A stretch of 64,000 nucleotides of DNA from a candidate division FCPU426 bacterium (GCA_963796105.1 CAWCKJ010000003.1:1-64000), one strand, 5' to 3'; positions 9,048 to 19,212 are shown, counted from the stretch's first letter. Translations and numbers: made by a program. Notes: generated from the sequence alone by a model not told the origin.

Positions 9048-11438
9048 TTGAAGCTAAGGCATAAAATTTACATTGCGTGCCTTTGCCTGGCCGCCTATTT
9101 ACTTGCCCTGGGTTCCACCAGGCTTTTCGCGTTTCCTTACGATAACGTGACCTCCGGGGAGGATCTTTACCAAAGGGTCAAGAAATTGGGGGATTACGGT
9201 TTATTGGATCCCAGGGACAAGGCCGTCCTCGATCAGGGGAAGACCGTCTCCCGGTTGGAGCTGGCATTTTACGCAGAAAAAGCCGGGTCCAACCTCCCCC
9301 CATCCAATGAGGATTTAAAGCGGGGGATCAGGGAACTGCTCAGGGAACTGGGCGAAGAAGCGGCCTATCTGCGGGCCCATTTAAGCCTGCAAGGCACGAG
9401 GCTGGCCCAGCGGGAAGACGAACTGGAAAAATTGTGGCCCATCCAGGACGAATTGGACGAGGAGTGGAAAAAGGCCAACCAGGCATCAGGCGTTCCCAGT
9501 TTCAACTCCAAGGGCAAATTCCGGGTGGAAAACCTGAGTTTATCCGGCATCGCCACCGAAAACGCCGCCCGGATCCAGGACGAATCGGCCATCGGGATGT
9601 GGAGCGACCTGGGGGGCAAGGGTTCCCTATCCTTTGGACTCGGCGGCGTCATGTCGCTTTCCAATTCCTCGGCCGAATCGGCGCCCGTTTCACTTTACAC
9701 CTTTACCCCCGCCATTAATTTCATCATGGATGGGCCCCTGGGCCGATGGAGCACTAATTTCGCGGTTGAAGCCTACCAGCCCGACACAACCCTCGGCGAT
9801 TTCGTCCGGGGCGCCTCGCCCACCGCGCTTCGCCGCTTCACTGATCCGGTCAACATCGTGAATTTTAATGAAGACCAGGACACCAAGAACTGGGACGACT
9901 ACATGAGCAACATCGGATTCGTTCCACAGAATTACCTCGCCGCAGGCAACGCTACATCCGCCGGCGACCGTGTTTTTGATGGACTGTACGCCATCGGAAC
10001 AGGCCTGCCTTGGGTCAGCAACGACGCGCGCCTAAACGTCATGCTGGGCCGGATGGGGACCACAGCCGACCAAACCCAACGCTGGGAGGAGGAAGTGAAA
10101 TATTTCCAGTCTTGGGACAAGGGATTCATGCGCACCTCAGTGGCAGGTACGTGGGTGAACGACAATTTCGGCCCTAACCAACCCAACCAACTCGACATGC
10201 ATAACTACGCGGGGGAATTGTCGTTCATCCGCAAGCCCGTCTTTTTCAGCGTGGAAGGCGCCTACTCTTATTTATACGCGGGTCCCGCCTACGCACCACC
10301 GCTTGCCTCGGGCGGCGGCCAGGCCTTCGTCGCCTTTTATCCCTTCGCTTTTTATTACTCGGCCATCGGCGATGGTTACGCCAACTTCCAAAGCAAGGTC
10401 ATGATGAGCGGGGTCCATTTCGACCAATACGGTCAGAATTTCAACTTCAACCAGGCGGGTGACATGTACGGCGCCATCGGTGAGGTGGACAACCTCATCA
10501 GCGACCGCTACGGATGGCGGATGAACCTGGGGTGGGATGGCCGCCAGCAGGACTGGATGAAGGGCTGGCCCGGCTTCCTGGACGACTTCATCATCAACCT
10601 CGACCTGGCCCAAAAAACGGAATACAAGTCGGAAACGAGCCCCGAGGGCTACAACGTCATCGAGCCCTTCAACATCATCACCTTTTATTATCCCGATGAC
10701 GAGGGGTTATGGGGCAGGAACCTCTGGGGCGGCTGGGGTCCGGGCGAGAGCCAGGTGGACCCGGTCCGCCAACTTTATACCGATAACATTCAGGACATCC
10801 GCAACGACGGCAATTCAAGTTGGGATGACACCCGGCACCAGTTCCAACTGACATCGGAGAGAATCCCGCTCATCCTGCCGGCGGCCAACGAACCTGTCCA
10901 GGATTTCAATGGAAAACCCGTGACTCTAACGAACGGCGCCAACAATACCTACATAAACCTGAACAATTTGAAAACTTACAACTATATCACCCTCACCACC
11001 AAGCTGAAGATGGACAAGATGACCGGCTCTTCCAACCCCTTTTACGCCTCCTTTTTCTTCACGGACAACGAAGTGTCCGGTTTCACCACCGACCCGGTCC
11101 TTTCCTATACGCCTGACCCCAACCGCCCCGGTAAGACTTTGGCCGATATCCCCAACCTTTTCGAACAGGTGGTTTACGACATCGCCGTCATGTACCAATG
11201 CGTCAAGAACGTGAACTTGATGGGGGATTACGGCTTTGAGACTTGGAAATCCCAATATACCTTTCCCCTGGTCGACTACCGCACCGACTCCATCGGGGGC
11301 GGGTTGGCATATGACCTTCCCTGGGGCGGGGGCAAGTTGGAACTGAGGTACAAGCACATCATATTTAACGACGCTTACGTGACCGCCAACAACTACCAGG
11401 GCGACCAGGTGTTTTCGACCTTGATGCTGTTGTTTTAA
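9048..11438 (+). CDS. Outer-membrane beta-barrel with SLH-like N-terminus and coiled coil (OmpM-like), paralog 1
   Basis: Signal peptide, YDNV..EDLYQRVKKLGDYGLL..SRLELA, heptad stalk, alternating strands, terminal Phe. Confidence 0.68.
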   Translation: MKLRHKIYIACLCLAAYLLALGSTRLFAFPYDNVTSGEDLYQRVKKLGDYGLLDPRDKAVLDQGKTVSRLELAFYAEKAGSNLPPSNEDLKRGIRELLRELGEEAAYLRAHLSLQGTRLAQREDELEKLWPIQDELDEEWKKANQASGVPSFNSKGKFRVENLSLSGIATENAARIQDESAIGMWSDLGGKGSLSFGLGGVMSLSNSSAESAPVSLYTFTPAINFIMDGPLGRWSTNFAVEAYQPDTTLGDFVRGASPTALRRFTDPVNIVNFNEDQDTKNWDDYMSNIGFVPQNYLAAGNATSAGDRVFDGLYAIGTGLPWVSNDARLNVMLGRMGTTADQTQRWEEEVKYFQSWDKGFMRTSVAGTWVNDNFGPNQPNQLDMHNYAGELSFIRKPVFFSVEGAYSYLYAGPAYAPPLASGGGQAFVAFYPFAFYYSAIGDGYANFQSKVMMSGVHFDQYGQNFNFNQAGDMYGAIGEVDNLISDRYGWRMNLGWDGRQQDWMKGWPGFLDDFIINLDLAQKTEYKSETSPEGYNVIEPFNIITFYYPDDEGLWGRNLWGGWGPGESQVDPVRQLYTDNIQDIRNDGNSSWDDTRHQFQLTSERIPLILPAANEPVQDFNGKPVTLTNGANNTYINLNNLKTYNYITLTTKLKMDKMTGSSNPFYASFFFTDNEVSGFTTDPVLSYTPDPNRPGKTLADIPNLFEQVVYDIAVMYQCVKNVNLMGDYGFETWKSQYTFPLVDYRTDSIGGGLAYDLPWGGGKLELRYKHIIFNDAYVTANNYQGDQVFSTLMLLF

Positions 11439-11460
11439 AGGCGGCCCATAGGATGAGGGA

Positions 11461-13677
11461 ATGAAAAAGGGAATCAATCAAATTTATGTTTTTACGCTTT
11501 TGGCGGGAATGACCGTTCCGGTTTTCGCGGAGCACGGCCCGCTTTCCGCCACCCAGCGCGACGGCTGGATCGACTCAAGCGTCAGCGACCTCGCGGCGGA
11601 GGGGCTTGTCCCCCGGCCGGGAAAGCCCGTCAGCGAAATAACCAACCTGGAAGTGGCCCAATGGACGGCCCATGCGTCCCAAAATCTTCTGGATCAAGCG
11701 GATACGGCCGGGGTTTCACCGCCAGCCCTTTCATCCCAGGCCGCCGAAAGCTTGAAAAAATTAGTGAAGGAATTCCGGGACGAACTAGCCGGTATGGACG
11801 TGGACCTAGCCAAGTTGGACGAGCAGATTTACCGGCAACAACACCGCGACGAATATTTCACCGGCCTCCAGGGGGAATACCTGAAACGCACGGGCACGGT
11901 TATTAACGGCTATTCCAGGGGTTATGCCTACAACTTCCAGGGATCCGGAGCGCCTGCCACGGTGAACGGCACGGTTTATCCCGGCCCCGTTTACGGCCCC
12001 ATGACCTACAACTCGGACATGTTCGTGGAGATGGACCTGAAAAGCATCCCGGTGCCGTACGTCCTGTTCGACGCCCGCTTGAGGTATTGGCGCTCCGTCG
12101 GTATGTATTATGCCGACCCTTTGGGTGGGGAGACCAATTTGGATATGCGTTGGATATCCCTAAGCTACTACAACCCCGTGGCCAACCTTACGGCGGGCGA
12201 TTTTTACAAGAACTACACGCCTCTTACGCTGTGGAACAATGAAGTTCCGGTCTATACGTTCCTGGAACCCACCCCCCTGGAAAGTGAACGCAAGGACGTG
12301 GAAGAAATCGTCTTCATGGACCATGGCCCCTACTGGCATTTGAGGGGTTTCCAGGCCTATACGGCGGGAACTTGGACCCACGATCCGGTGATAAGCGGCA
12401 TGAATCTTCATGTCATGGCGGGATCGTTGACTACGCCCTCCGACGCGCAATTCGGCGATGATTACGCGGGCAGCCAGGTCACTTTGGCATTATTCAACGG
12501 CCAAGCCCAGTTGGGGGCCCAAGGTTTGTTGATTTGGGCGGATCCTAACAGCGCGGCCATTCCTTACCTTCCGGATTTTCCCCTGAACTGGGCCAGGGAA
12601 TACCAGGTCGGAAGCCTTTCAGGCGGTGTTTCCATCCCTGTCAACGCGGGTGTCACCGTGGGGGGATCGCTCGAGTACGCCGGAAGCCATTACCAGGACG
12701 ACATGAATAACCCAGGCAGGAGCTTCCGGGATTGGGCCCTCCTGGCAAGCGGTTCGGTTAATTTTTCAAGGTACAGCTTGAGCGTCAAGGCCTTTCAAAT
12801 CGAGCCTTTCTTTTACTCGCCAGGGGCCCAAACCAACCGATACTCGACCACCCCCCAGAACGGTTATTTGAGTACGAACAACAACGAGGACGAGTTCTTG
12901 ATTGGTTACTTGAACCGCTTCCCCTTCCAGGGCGCGAACCGGCCCACTTTCGCGGGTTACGACCGCATGCTGGAAAACGCCATGCCTTATGGAGATGCCA
13001 CGCCCAACCGCCAGGGGATCCTGCTGGGTTTTTCGGGGGACCTCGGAAAAGACGGTTGGTTGAAATCCCAGGCGTCCTGCGTCGCCGATTTGCGGGAAAT
13101 CCAGCCGAATATCGTACTGAGCCAGGACGGGTCGCAGTCTTTGGCCGTGGACAGCCAGACCAATACGGCCGCCGCCCGCGTCTTTGGCGGCTATGAACTT
13201 GCCTTCAAAGCGGATTTGGCCAAGCTCGCGGAATTGGAAGGCTCCACCTACCAAGCGGGTATCGATTACAAGCACCAAACCACCGACTTGGGATTGGGCG
13301 CGAGCCCTTTCGCGGTGGACACCTTCATCGCGGCGTTGGACTTCAATCCTCCCCTGTCGGGTTTTGACGACCTGCTCGGGTCCGTGGCTTTTGAAATGGC
13401 CCAATCCAGCGGCAGTGAATTCGTTTTATCCGGGCAGGGAAGCCCCCCGACCTACGCGAGTTACCCCTTTTACCTCGACTCGTCGTCCCTGGGCGCCTAT
13501 TCGTATTTGCCCCTGGACATCCTCAAGACCACATGGGTTTTAGGCCTGAACTATCCCTTGTCGCCCACCGTTAAACTGCGCGGCAGTTACTTTATCGTGC
13601 ATTACACCTGGACGGATGTCCCGGACTTTGACCGGTGGGACAAGATTTGGAGATTCACCTATGAAGCTTCTTTTTAA
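11461..13677 (+). CDS. OmpM-like SLH-coiled-coil-beta-barrel, paralog 2
   Basis: WIDSSVSDLAAEGLV..TNLEVA, LKKLVKEFRDELAGMDVDLAKLDEQI, C-terminal FTYEASF. Confidence 0.72.
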   Translation: MKKGINQIYVFTLLAGMTVPVFAEHGPLSATQRDGWIDSSVSDLAAEGLVPRPGKPVSEITNLEVAQWTAHASQNLLDQADTAGVSPPALSSQAAESLKKLVKEFRDELAGMDVDLAKLDEQIYRQQHRDEYFTGLQGEYLKRTGTVINGYSRGYAYNFQGSGAPATVNGTVYPGPVYGPMTYNSDMFVEMDLKSIPVPYVLFDARLRYWRSVGMYYADPLGGETNLDMRWISLSYYNPVANLTAGDFYKNYTPLTLWNNEVPVYTFLEPTPLESERKDVEEIVFMDHGPYWHLRGFQAYTAGTWTHDPVISGMNLHVMAGSLTTPSDAQFGDDYAGSQVTLALFNGQAQLGAQGLLIWADPNSAAIPYLPDFPLNWAREYQVGSLSGGVSIPVNAGVTVGGSLEYAGSHYQDDMNNPGRSFRDWALLASGSVNFSRYSLSVKAFQIEPFFYSPGAQTNRYSTTPQNGYLSTNNNEDEFLIGYLNRFPFQGANRPTFAGYDRMLENAMPYGDATPNRQGILLGFSGDLGKDGWLKSQASCVADLREIQPNIVLSQDGSQSLAVDSQTNTAAARVFGGYELAFKADLAKLAELEGSTYQAGIDYKHQTTDLGLGASPFAVDTFIAALDFNPPLSGFDDLLGSVAFEMAQSSGSEFVLSGQGSPPTYASYPFYLDSSSLGAYSYLPLDILKTTWVLGLNYPLSPTVKLRGSYFIVHYTWTDVPDFDRWDKIWRFTYEASF

Positions 13678-16012
13678 AATTAAAACCTTTTTCATTTTCA
13701 TCCTGGTTCTTTCCGGGTCATCGGCTGTTTGCGCCGGGGAAGGCGCCTTGTTCGACTTCGTACCCCCAGGCGATCCCACCTATCACCAGTTGAAACAATT
13801 GGAGGCGACGGGCCTGCTCAAGAAAGGCGCAAGCGGTAACACCCTCACCCGTTTTGAGGTGGCCAAGCTCATCTTGAGCGCGGAGGCCAAATACGGAGAA
13901 ATCGTGGTGGCCCAAGCGGATATCGACCTTCCACCGCCGCCTGAATTCAGGGCGGAATACGAAAAGGACGCGGCCGAACCCACGGTTAATTCCAGGACCG
14001 CGCGCGCGCGCTTGACCCCTCTTCCCACGCCGGATGAATCGCCGGGCTTCCTGGACAGGGCGGCAAAGATCCTGCATAGCCTCGAGGAAGCCTACGATTA
14101 CGAGGTGAAAGTGGTGAAGTACCGGGTGAAAGCCGCCCAATACGAGGCGGCTGGTATTGATAAGGAGCAATACGACTTATTGAAGAGACTCAACGGCATA
14201 AGCCAGTATCCAAGTATATCGATCCATGGCTTGGGCCGGGCTTTCGGCTTTTCACAGGTATATTCCGGTGATTTTCCGGTTTCCATCGTAAATCCGAGTT
14301 ACCGCGGCACGGTCGGATACTTGGACCTTGAGCCCCAGGCCGTGGTTTCTAGGGAGGTGGGTTGGAACGCGATGATCCGGGTCGGGAGCGGTTTGCAACC
14401 CAATACGGCCCTGGATAGTTTAACCCTGCGCCGGGTTACGCTGGAGTTCGATCCGGATTGGATGTCGGCCACCCTGGGCGATTTTTACGAGGCCTATACC
14501 CCTCTCACGCTATGGAACAGGAACAGCTTGGACCTAAAGTACATGCCGGAAATGATCCAACGCTTTGATGAAATACAGAAATACGAGCAGTTCCTGGACC
14601 AGGAACCTTCCCTCCCCTTCCGGGGGGTCCGGTTGGAGACGGCGCTCAAGTGGCCCGATTCGGATGTCGTGGACCAGGCGAAAATATCGGCTTTCATCCA
14701 CATGATCCGGAACGGCTTCAACGACGTAAACCCCGGTACGACCTACTATGGCCCCTACCAATTCACCGACTGGATTTTCGCCGGGACCGGCAGTGTCAAT
14801 CTCAGGAAATGGTACTTGGGCGGGACATCCCTGCAGTTGTCCGTGGACGCATACGGCATCATCCTGGACGAACCCCTGAGCACGGACACTCCCGGTTCCC
14901 CCTACGGGCCGTTCGATCCCGCTACCTGGGCGCACCAATACCAGATCGGAAGCGTGAAGCCGTCCTTGAGATTCGGCTTCGGGAATGACCTGTATTTAGG
15001 CGCCGGGATGGAAACGGCGACCATGCTTTACGAGGACGACAAGTTGGATCCCGCCATGAACACCAGGGATTATGCGGCGATGGGCGGTCCGTTCATGCAA
15101 TTCGGCGATTCCAGGGTCGCCTTTAATTATCTCCGGGTGGGGCCGTATTATTATTCCCCCTTGGCCCAGACCCGGCAGGATGCTTTATTGGGTCCATCGG
15201 CCAGTCCCTTTATTCCAGGCACAACCGGCATGTTCGCGCCCGATTTGTTTTACCCGCCGGTAAGAAGCGAATATTTCCTATCAAACGTCCCACGCCCCGG
15301 CGCCATTTATGGTTACTATGATCGCACCCAGGACAACACCTTCCCCTACGGGTTGGGGACCCCCAACCGAAGGGGCGGGGGGTTGGAATTGGATTTAAAA
15401 ACCCTGAAACAAGATTCCCTAAAAATCGCGGGATCAGCCTACCTCGTCCAGGAAATAGTTGGGAATTATGTCGTTAATACCACGGGTTCGGCTTTGGTGC
15501 CGCTGGATGCGCCTCAGGGTTTAACAGCCCCTATTCGGAATTTTACCTACATTAACATCGGGCCCTCCTTCAATTTGGGGTCTTATTTCGGGTGGAAGTA
15601 TGAATTGGAAGTGGGAACCAACTTCCGGTACGAGCAAACCAGCAGTTCCATCGGAATCTTGACCAGCAACTGGATCCTGGGAGGGGTTAAGGTGGGGTTG
15701 CTTTCCTTCTGGGACTTTTGCGCGGCTTACGGCAGCCAGGCTATTAACGGGTCGGACGCCGGTTTAAACGGAACCCTCTGGGCACGGTATTCCTACGTTT
15801 TAGACGGTACGGACTTGGGGCAATACAGCGTATTTAAGGTGAACGGCCGCGTGCAAAGCCTCAGGCTGTCCAACGATTTCAATTTGGGCAATCATTCGCG
15901 AATTTTAATGGATTACGATTTAACCGGCGGGAACATCCTTCCTTATGCCCCATCCCTCGCCGGGAACTTCTTCAATCAATACATGGAGGTTACTTATGAA
16001 ATCCAATTTTAA
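13661..16012 (+). CDS. OmpM-like SLH-coiled-coil-beta-barrel, paralog 3
   Basis: ATG 13661 after GGAG, overlapping the previous gene. FDFVPPGDPTYHQLKQLEATGLL..LTRFEVA, C-terminal VTYEIQF. Confidence 0.72.
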   Translation: MKLLFKIKTFFIFILVLSGSSAVCAGEGALFDFVPPGDPTYHQLKQLEATGLLKKGASGNTLTRFEVAKLILSAEAKYGEIVVAQADIDLPPPPEFRAEYEKDAAEPTVNSRTARARLTPLPTPDESPGFLDRAAKILHSLEEAYDYEVKVVKYRVKAAQYEAAGIDKEQYDLLKRLNGISQYPSISIHGLGRAFGFSQVYSGDFPVSIVNPSYRGTVGYLDLEPQAVVSREVGWNAMIRVGSGLQPNTALDSLTLRRVTLEFDPDWMSATLGDFYEAYTPLTLWNRNSLDLKYMPEMIQRFDEIQKYEQFLDQEPSLPFRGVRLETALKWPDSDVVDQAKISAFIHMIRNGFNDVNPGTTYYGPYQFTDWIFAGTGSVNLRKWYLGGTSLQLSVDAYGIILDEPLSTDTPGSPYGPFDPATWAHQYQIGSVKPSLRFGFGNDLYLGAGMETATMLYEDDKLDPAMNTRDYAAMGGPFMQFGDSRVAFNYLRVGPYYYSPLAQTRQDALLGPSASPFIPGTTGMFAPDLFYPPVRSEYFLSNVPRPGAIYGYYDRTQDNTFPYGLGTPNRRGGGLELDLKTLKQDSLKIAGSAYLVQEIVGNYVVNTTGSALVPLDAPQGLTAPIRNFTYINIGPSFNLGSYFGWKYELEVGTNFRYEQTSSSIGILTSNWILGGVKVGLLSFWDFCAAYGSQAINGSDAGLNGTLWARYSYVLDGTDLGQYSVFKVNGRVQSLRLSNDFNLGNHSRILMDYDLTGGNILPYAPSLAGNFFNQYMEVTYEIQF

Positions 16013-16817
16013 TTTGAAAGGGGGATGGCTCCCTCATTCTACGGTTTGGGGATCTGTTTTGGTCCTAACCCTTCTGGGAGGGGCTCTGGTTCAATGGGAG
16101 ACGGGTTGCAAGGAACAGACACCCCTCTCCTCGGGCTTTCCCTTGCCCTACCCCACGCCGGTCTCGGCCAATAATTACGAGATGGTGTGTGATTTCGAGT
16201 CAAATACACCTACGGCCATTAATCCTTATTTATTCGACCTCAGCAACCCCCCGGCTTATACGCTATTAAACCCGGGGTCGGTTTTTTCCTGGGGAGGCGC
16301 TTCGGTCAGCATTTATAACTCCGGCCCTGTTTCCGGCGGTGCTAATGGCACCAGAACCTCTTATGGCTGCAATGGGTCTGTCACCGATTTCGGAAACGGT
16401 CTATACCCCTCGTTCAACCTTCTGGCCCAGTTCAAAAGCGGCGTGGCTGATTACAACATGACCCCTTTCACGGGCATCCAGTATTACCTGAAGGTAGAAA
16501 GCGACGACACGGCTCCATGGCGTGTCTTGGAGATACCCCTTTCCTCCACCATACCCGTGACCGCCGGCGGGTCTTGCTTGAACAACTGCTATGACAATTT
16601 TTACGTGGGATTCGGCAACACGGACGGCGCTTGGACCCGGGTAGTCCACGCTTTTGGCGATTTCAAACGGCAGGGATTTGGAAATCCCCTGACTCCATCC
16701 AATTTGACCGGCACGAACCTCCAACAAGCCTTTTGCCTGCAATGGGAAGAAGGCAACCAAAACACACCCGGTACCATTACTTTCGATTTTAACGTGGATG
16801 AAATCCAATTTTATTAA
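15996..16817 (+). CDS. Probable lipoprotein with CBM11-like domain
   Basis: ATG 15996 after GGAGGT. ETGC after a hydrophobic stretch. Paralogous to 8260..9030 (YNMTPFTGIQYY, FDFNVDEIQFY). Confidence 0.7.
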   Translation: MKSNFNLKGGWLPHSTVWGSVLVLTLLGGALVQWETGCKEQTPLSSGFPLPYPTPVSANNYEMVCDFESNTPTAINPYLFDLSNPPAYTLLNPGSVFSWGGASVSIYNSGPVSGGANGTRTSYGCNGSVTDFGNGLYPSFNLLAQFKSGVADYNMTPFTGIQYYLKVESDDTAPWRVLEIPLSSTIPVTAGGSCLNNCYDNFYVGFGNTDGAWTRVVHAFGDFKRQGFGNPLTPSNLTGTNLQQAFCLQWEEGNQNTPGTITFDFNVDEIQFY

Positions 16818-17123
16818 TGGACCTCATTGATAAATCGGTTCATTCAATCTTGCATGCTACCAAAAGAATTCCATAACAATCTATAGTTGCGATTTATAGG
16901 AGTGCAACCGTTATCAGGTTGCGTTCGTCACTCTAATATATTTATTCCTTGCCCGTTAATGGGGTCAATTATTAATTTTTTAAAATACCGCGATCATTGA
17001 AACCGCTTATTAATTTCCGCTGGCCGCTTTATCTGTTTACTCGCCTACAGTATCTTTTTTAGGGGAGTTTTTTCAATAGTTCCAAATCGCCGAAACTTGT
17101 AACTTGAAACCACGAAAAAATAT

Positions 17124-17756
17124 TTATTTTGTGGCGGAGGGGCACCACTTACTTAGGGTACAAACCGCGCACAACGGTTTGCGGGCGTCGCAGACCTTCC
17201 TGCCGTGCTGGATCAGCCTGTGGGAAATGTCGATCCACTCGTCCTTGGGAATGATCTCCATCAAGTCCCGCTCGATCTTGACGGGGTCCTCGTGTTTCGT
17301 GAAGCCCATGCGCTTGGAGAGGCGGGCTACGTGGGTATCCACCGTGATTCCTTCCCCAATGCAGTAAATTTCCCCAAGCACTACATTGGCGGTCTTTCGG
17401 CCGACCCCGGGAATCTTCACCATCTCGTCAATGGTCTTTGGCATCTTACCTTTATACAAGCCTAATAAGGCCTGGGCACAGCCGATCAGGTTCTTGGCTT
17501 TATTGTGGTAGAAACCGGTGGACTTGATGATTTTCTCAACGTCCTTCAGTTTCGCTTTAGCCAGTTTCTCTGGAGCGGGGAAGGCCTTGAAAAGATCCGG
17601 TGCGACGATGTTCACTCTTTCGTCGGTGCATTGCGCCGAGAGGATGACCGCGCAGAGCAATTGGAAGGGCGAGCCGTAACGCAGGAAACAGCGCGTGTCG
17701 GTGTAGATGCGCTTGAGTTCCTTGATAATTTTCTTCGTGTTTGGATTAGGTATCAT
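17124..17756 (-). CDS. nth: Endonuclease III
   Basis: LSAQCTD, HhH PGVGRKTA, VDTHV and C-x6-C-x2-C-x5-C. ATG 17756 after GGGAG. Confidence 0.96.
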   Translation of the reverse strand: MIPNPNTKKIIKELKRIYTDTRCFLRYGSPFQLLCAVILSAQCTDERVNIVAPDLFKAFPAPEKLAKAKLKDVEKIIKSTGFYHNKAKNLIGCAQALLGLYKGKMPKTIDEMVKIPGVGRKTANVVLGEIYCIGEGITVDTHVARLSKRMGFTKHEDPVKIERDLMEIIPKDEWIDISHRLIQHGRKVCDARKPLCAVCTLSKWCPSATK

Positions 17757-17785
17757 TCGTAGACTCCCCGCTGTGGACAACCGAA

Positions 17786-18184
17786 TTATATGTTTTTCAG
17801 GAAGTTGGATGGATTCATGATTTTGATATTTTGGTGTATTCCAACATCCAACAAAGCCTTATCACCAGAGACGATGATTTCAGCGCCTCCCGCCAGGGCA
17901 GCTGCGATAAATTTGTCATCATCAGGGTCTTTGCAAATACCTCGAACAGGTTTGGCGTTCACCAGTTCGCAATTCAATTCGATCGTTTGAAGAACCTGTC
18001 CTATGGAAACGGCCGGGAATTCCGATGACAATTTTCCAAGTGTTCGCTGGTATTCTTCCTTGATTTCAGGTGAGACAAGCCACCGGAATTCTCTTTTCCA
18101 CCAAGAACTTAAAATCCGGGCAGGAGTTCCATTCCAAAAGGTACCAGAAGCCAACACATTCGTATCAATGACAACCCGTATCAT
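17786..18184 (-). CDS. PIN-domain toxin (VapC-like, PIN_3 type)
   Basis: VVIDTNV, CKDPDDDKF and IVSGDKALL motifs. Confidence 0.9.
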   Translation of the reverse strand: MIRVVIDTNVLASGTFWNGTPARILSSWWKREFRWLVSPEIKEEYQRTLGKLSSEFPAVSIGQVLQTIELNCELVNAKPVRGICKDPDDDKFIAAALAGGAEIIVSGDKALLDVGIHQNIKIMNPSNFLKNI

Positions 18185-18444
18185 TTATTTTTTGAACGGG
18201 CCCAAGTAATTGCAGCTTTGACATCGGATTTTCGGATGCCCGCTTTACGCGCTTGTACACGGACCTTTGCCAAAAGCGAATCAAATTGGCTTAACGAAGG
18301 CGGGGTAATTGCTTTAAAAATCATGGAATCCCCCTGCCCGACCACGATGAATTGGTCTCCCACTTTGAGTTTCAGGCTCTTCCGGATGGATTCAGGTATG
18401 ACGACCTGACCCTTCGAGGAAAGCTTTGTAGTTGCTACGGTCAT
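18181..18444 (-). CDS. AbrB/MazE/SpoVT-family antitoxin
   Basis: TTKLSSKGQVVIPESIR. Overlaps the PIN gene. Confidence 0.9.
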   Translation of the reverse strand: MTVATTKLSSKGQVVIPESIRKSLKLKVGDQFIVVGQGDSMIFKAITPPSLSQFDSLLAKVRVQARKAGIRKSDVKAAITWARSKNK

Positions 18445-18457
18445 AGGTCACCTCCAG

Positions 18458-18477
18458 TAATCTTACCAGTAAGATTA
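18458..18477. promoter_or_regulatory. Palindromic operator of the AbrB-PIN operon
   Basis: TAATCTTAC-CA-GTAAGATTA just upstream of the GGAGG RBS. Confidence 0.6.
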
Positions 18478-18546
18478 TATCTAAACCCGGACCAATTCAA
18501 TCGTCTTTTTGCCTGTCCACCCCGGGTCCCCGTCTTGGACAGGGCT

Positions 18547-18846
18547 CTAGTGTATTTCTGAAATCAGTTCTGGATGGGACTTGAGTAAGCGGATAAGCTT
18601 TGAGGCGGAACCACTGGGCCGGCGAATACCCTGTTCCCAATGTTCAACAGCGCTAGGGCTTTCACCTACTACACCCGCAAAGCCGACTTGTGTCAGATGC
18701 AAAGCCTTGCGTATACCTTTCACTTCCTGGGCGGTAGCGGGTTTTTGCCGGTAACTTTCCCGCATCCCGTGGAGTTTTTTTCCCTTCTTGATCTCAACAA
18801 CCTGCTTGAGACTTTCACGCATGAGTTTGAAATCTTTGTCGTTCAT
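18547..18846 (-). CDS. XRE-HTH antitoxin (HigA-like)
   Basis: IRKALHLTQVGFA...VEHWEQGIRRPSG. Lies downstream of the toxin. Confidence 0.85.
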   Translation of the reverse strand: MNDKDFKLMRESLKQVVEIKKGKKLHGMRESYRQKPATAQEVKGIRKALHLTQVGFAGVVGESPSAVEHWEQGIRRPSGSASKLIRLLKSHPELISEIH

Positions 18847-19196
18847 TTCTTCTTCCCCCCTTTATTTCCTTTACCCAAAGCTTGCCGTAAATCCTGAACA
18901 AGAATCTTTTCCTGTTCAACCGTAAGGTCCGGAGCTTTCCGCTTATCAATAATGAAAAAGAGGTAAATATCGTCGGGCTCATCGAAAAAGTACCAAACCC
19001 GATAACCACCGCTTTTCCCTTCCGGCCTCACGGTTGAGGCAACACGCAACTTGTGAATGCCACCGCCTAAACGGGTTCCACCATTGGGATTATTGTTGAT
19101 GGCTTCCTCAATCGCGAGTTGCAAGCCCTCCTCACGAATTGCATCGATCAGTCTCGAATAGATAGGCGACTGAATAAAATGGTGTCGTTCCATCAC
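18843..19196 (-). CDS. RelE-superfamily toxin (HigB-like)
   Basis: NPNGG..GGIHKLRV..GKSGGYRVWY. Toxin-first order. Confidence 0.88.
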   Translation of the reverse strand: MMERHHFIQSPIYSRLIDAIREEGLQLAIEEAINNNPNGGTRLGGGIHKLRVASTVRPEGKSGGYRVWYFFDEPDDIYLFFIIDKRKAPDLTVEQEKILVQDLRQALGKGNKGGKKK

Positions 19197-19212
19197 TCAT
19201 CCTTTGGATATA

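Noticed and set aside
9048..16012. SusC-like TonB-dependent transporters
   Set aside because: No recognisable TonB box or plug motifs. The N-termini are SLH-like plus coiled coil.
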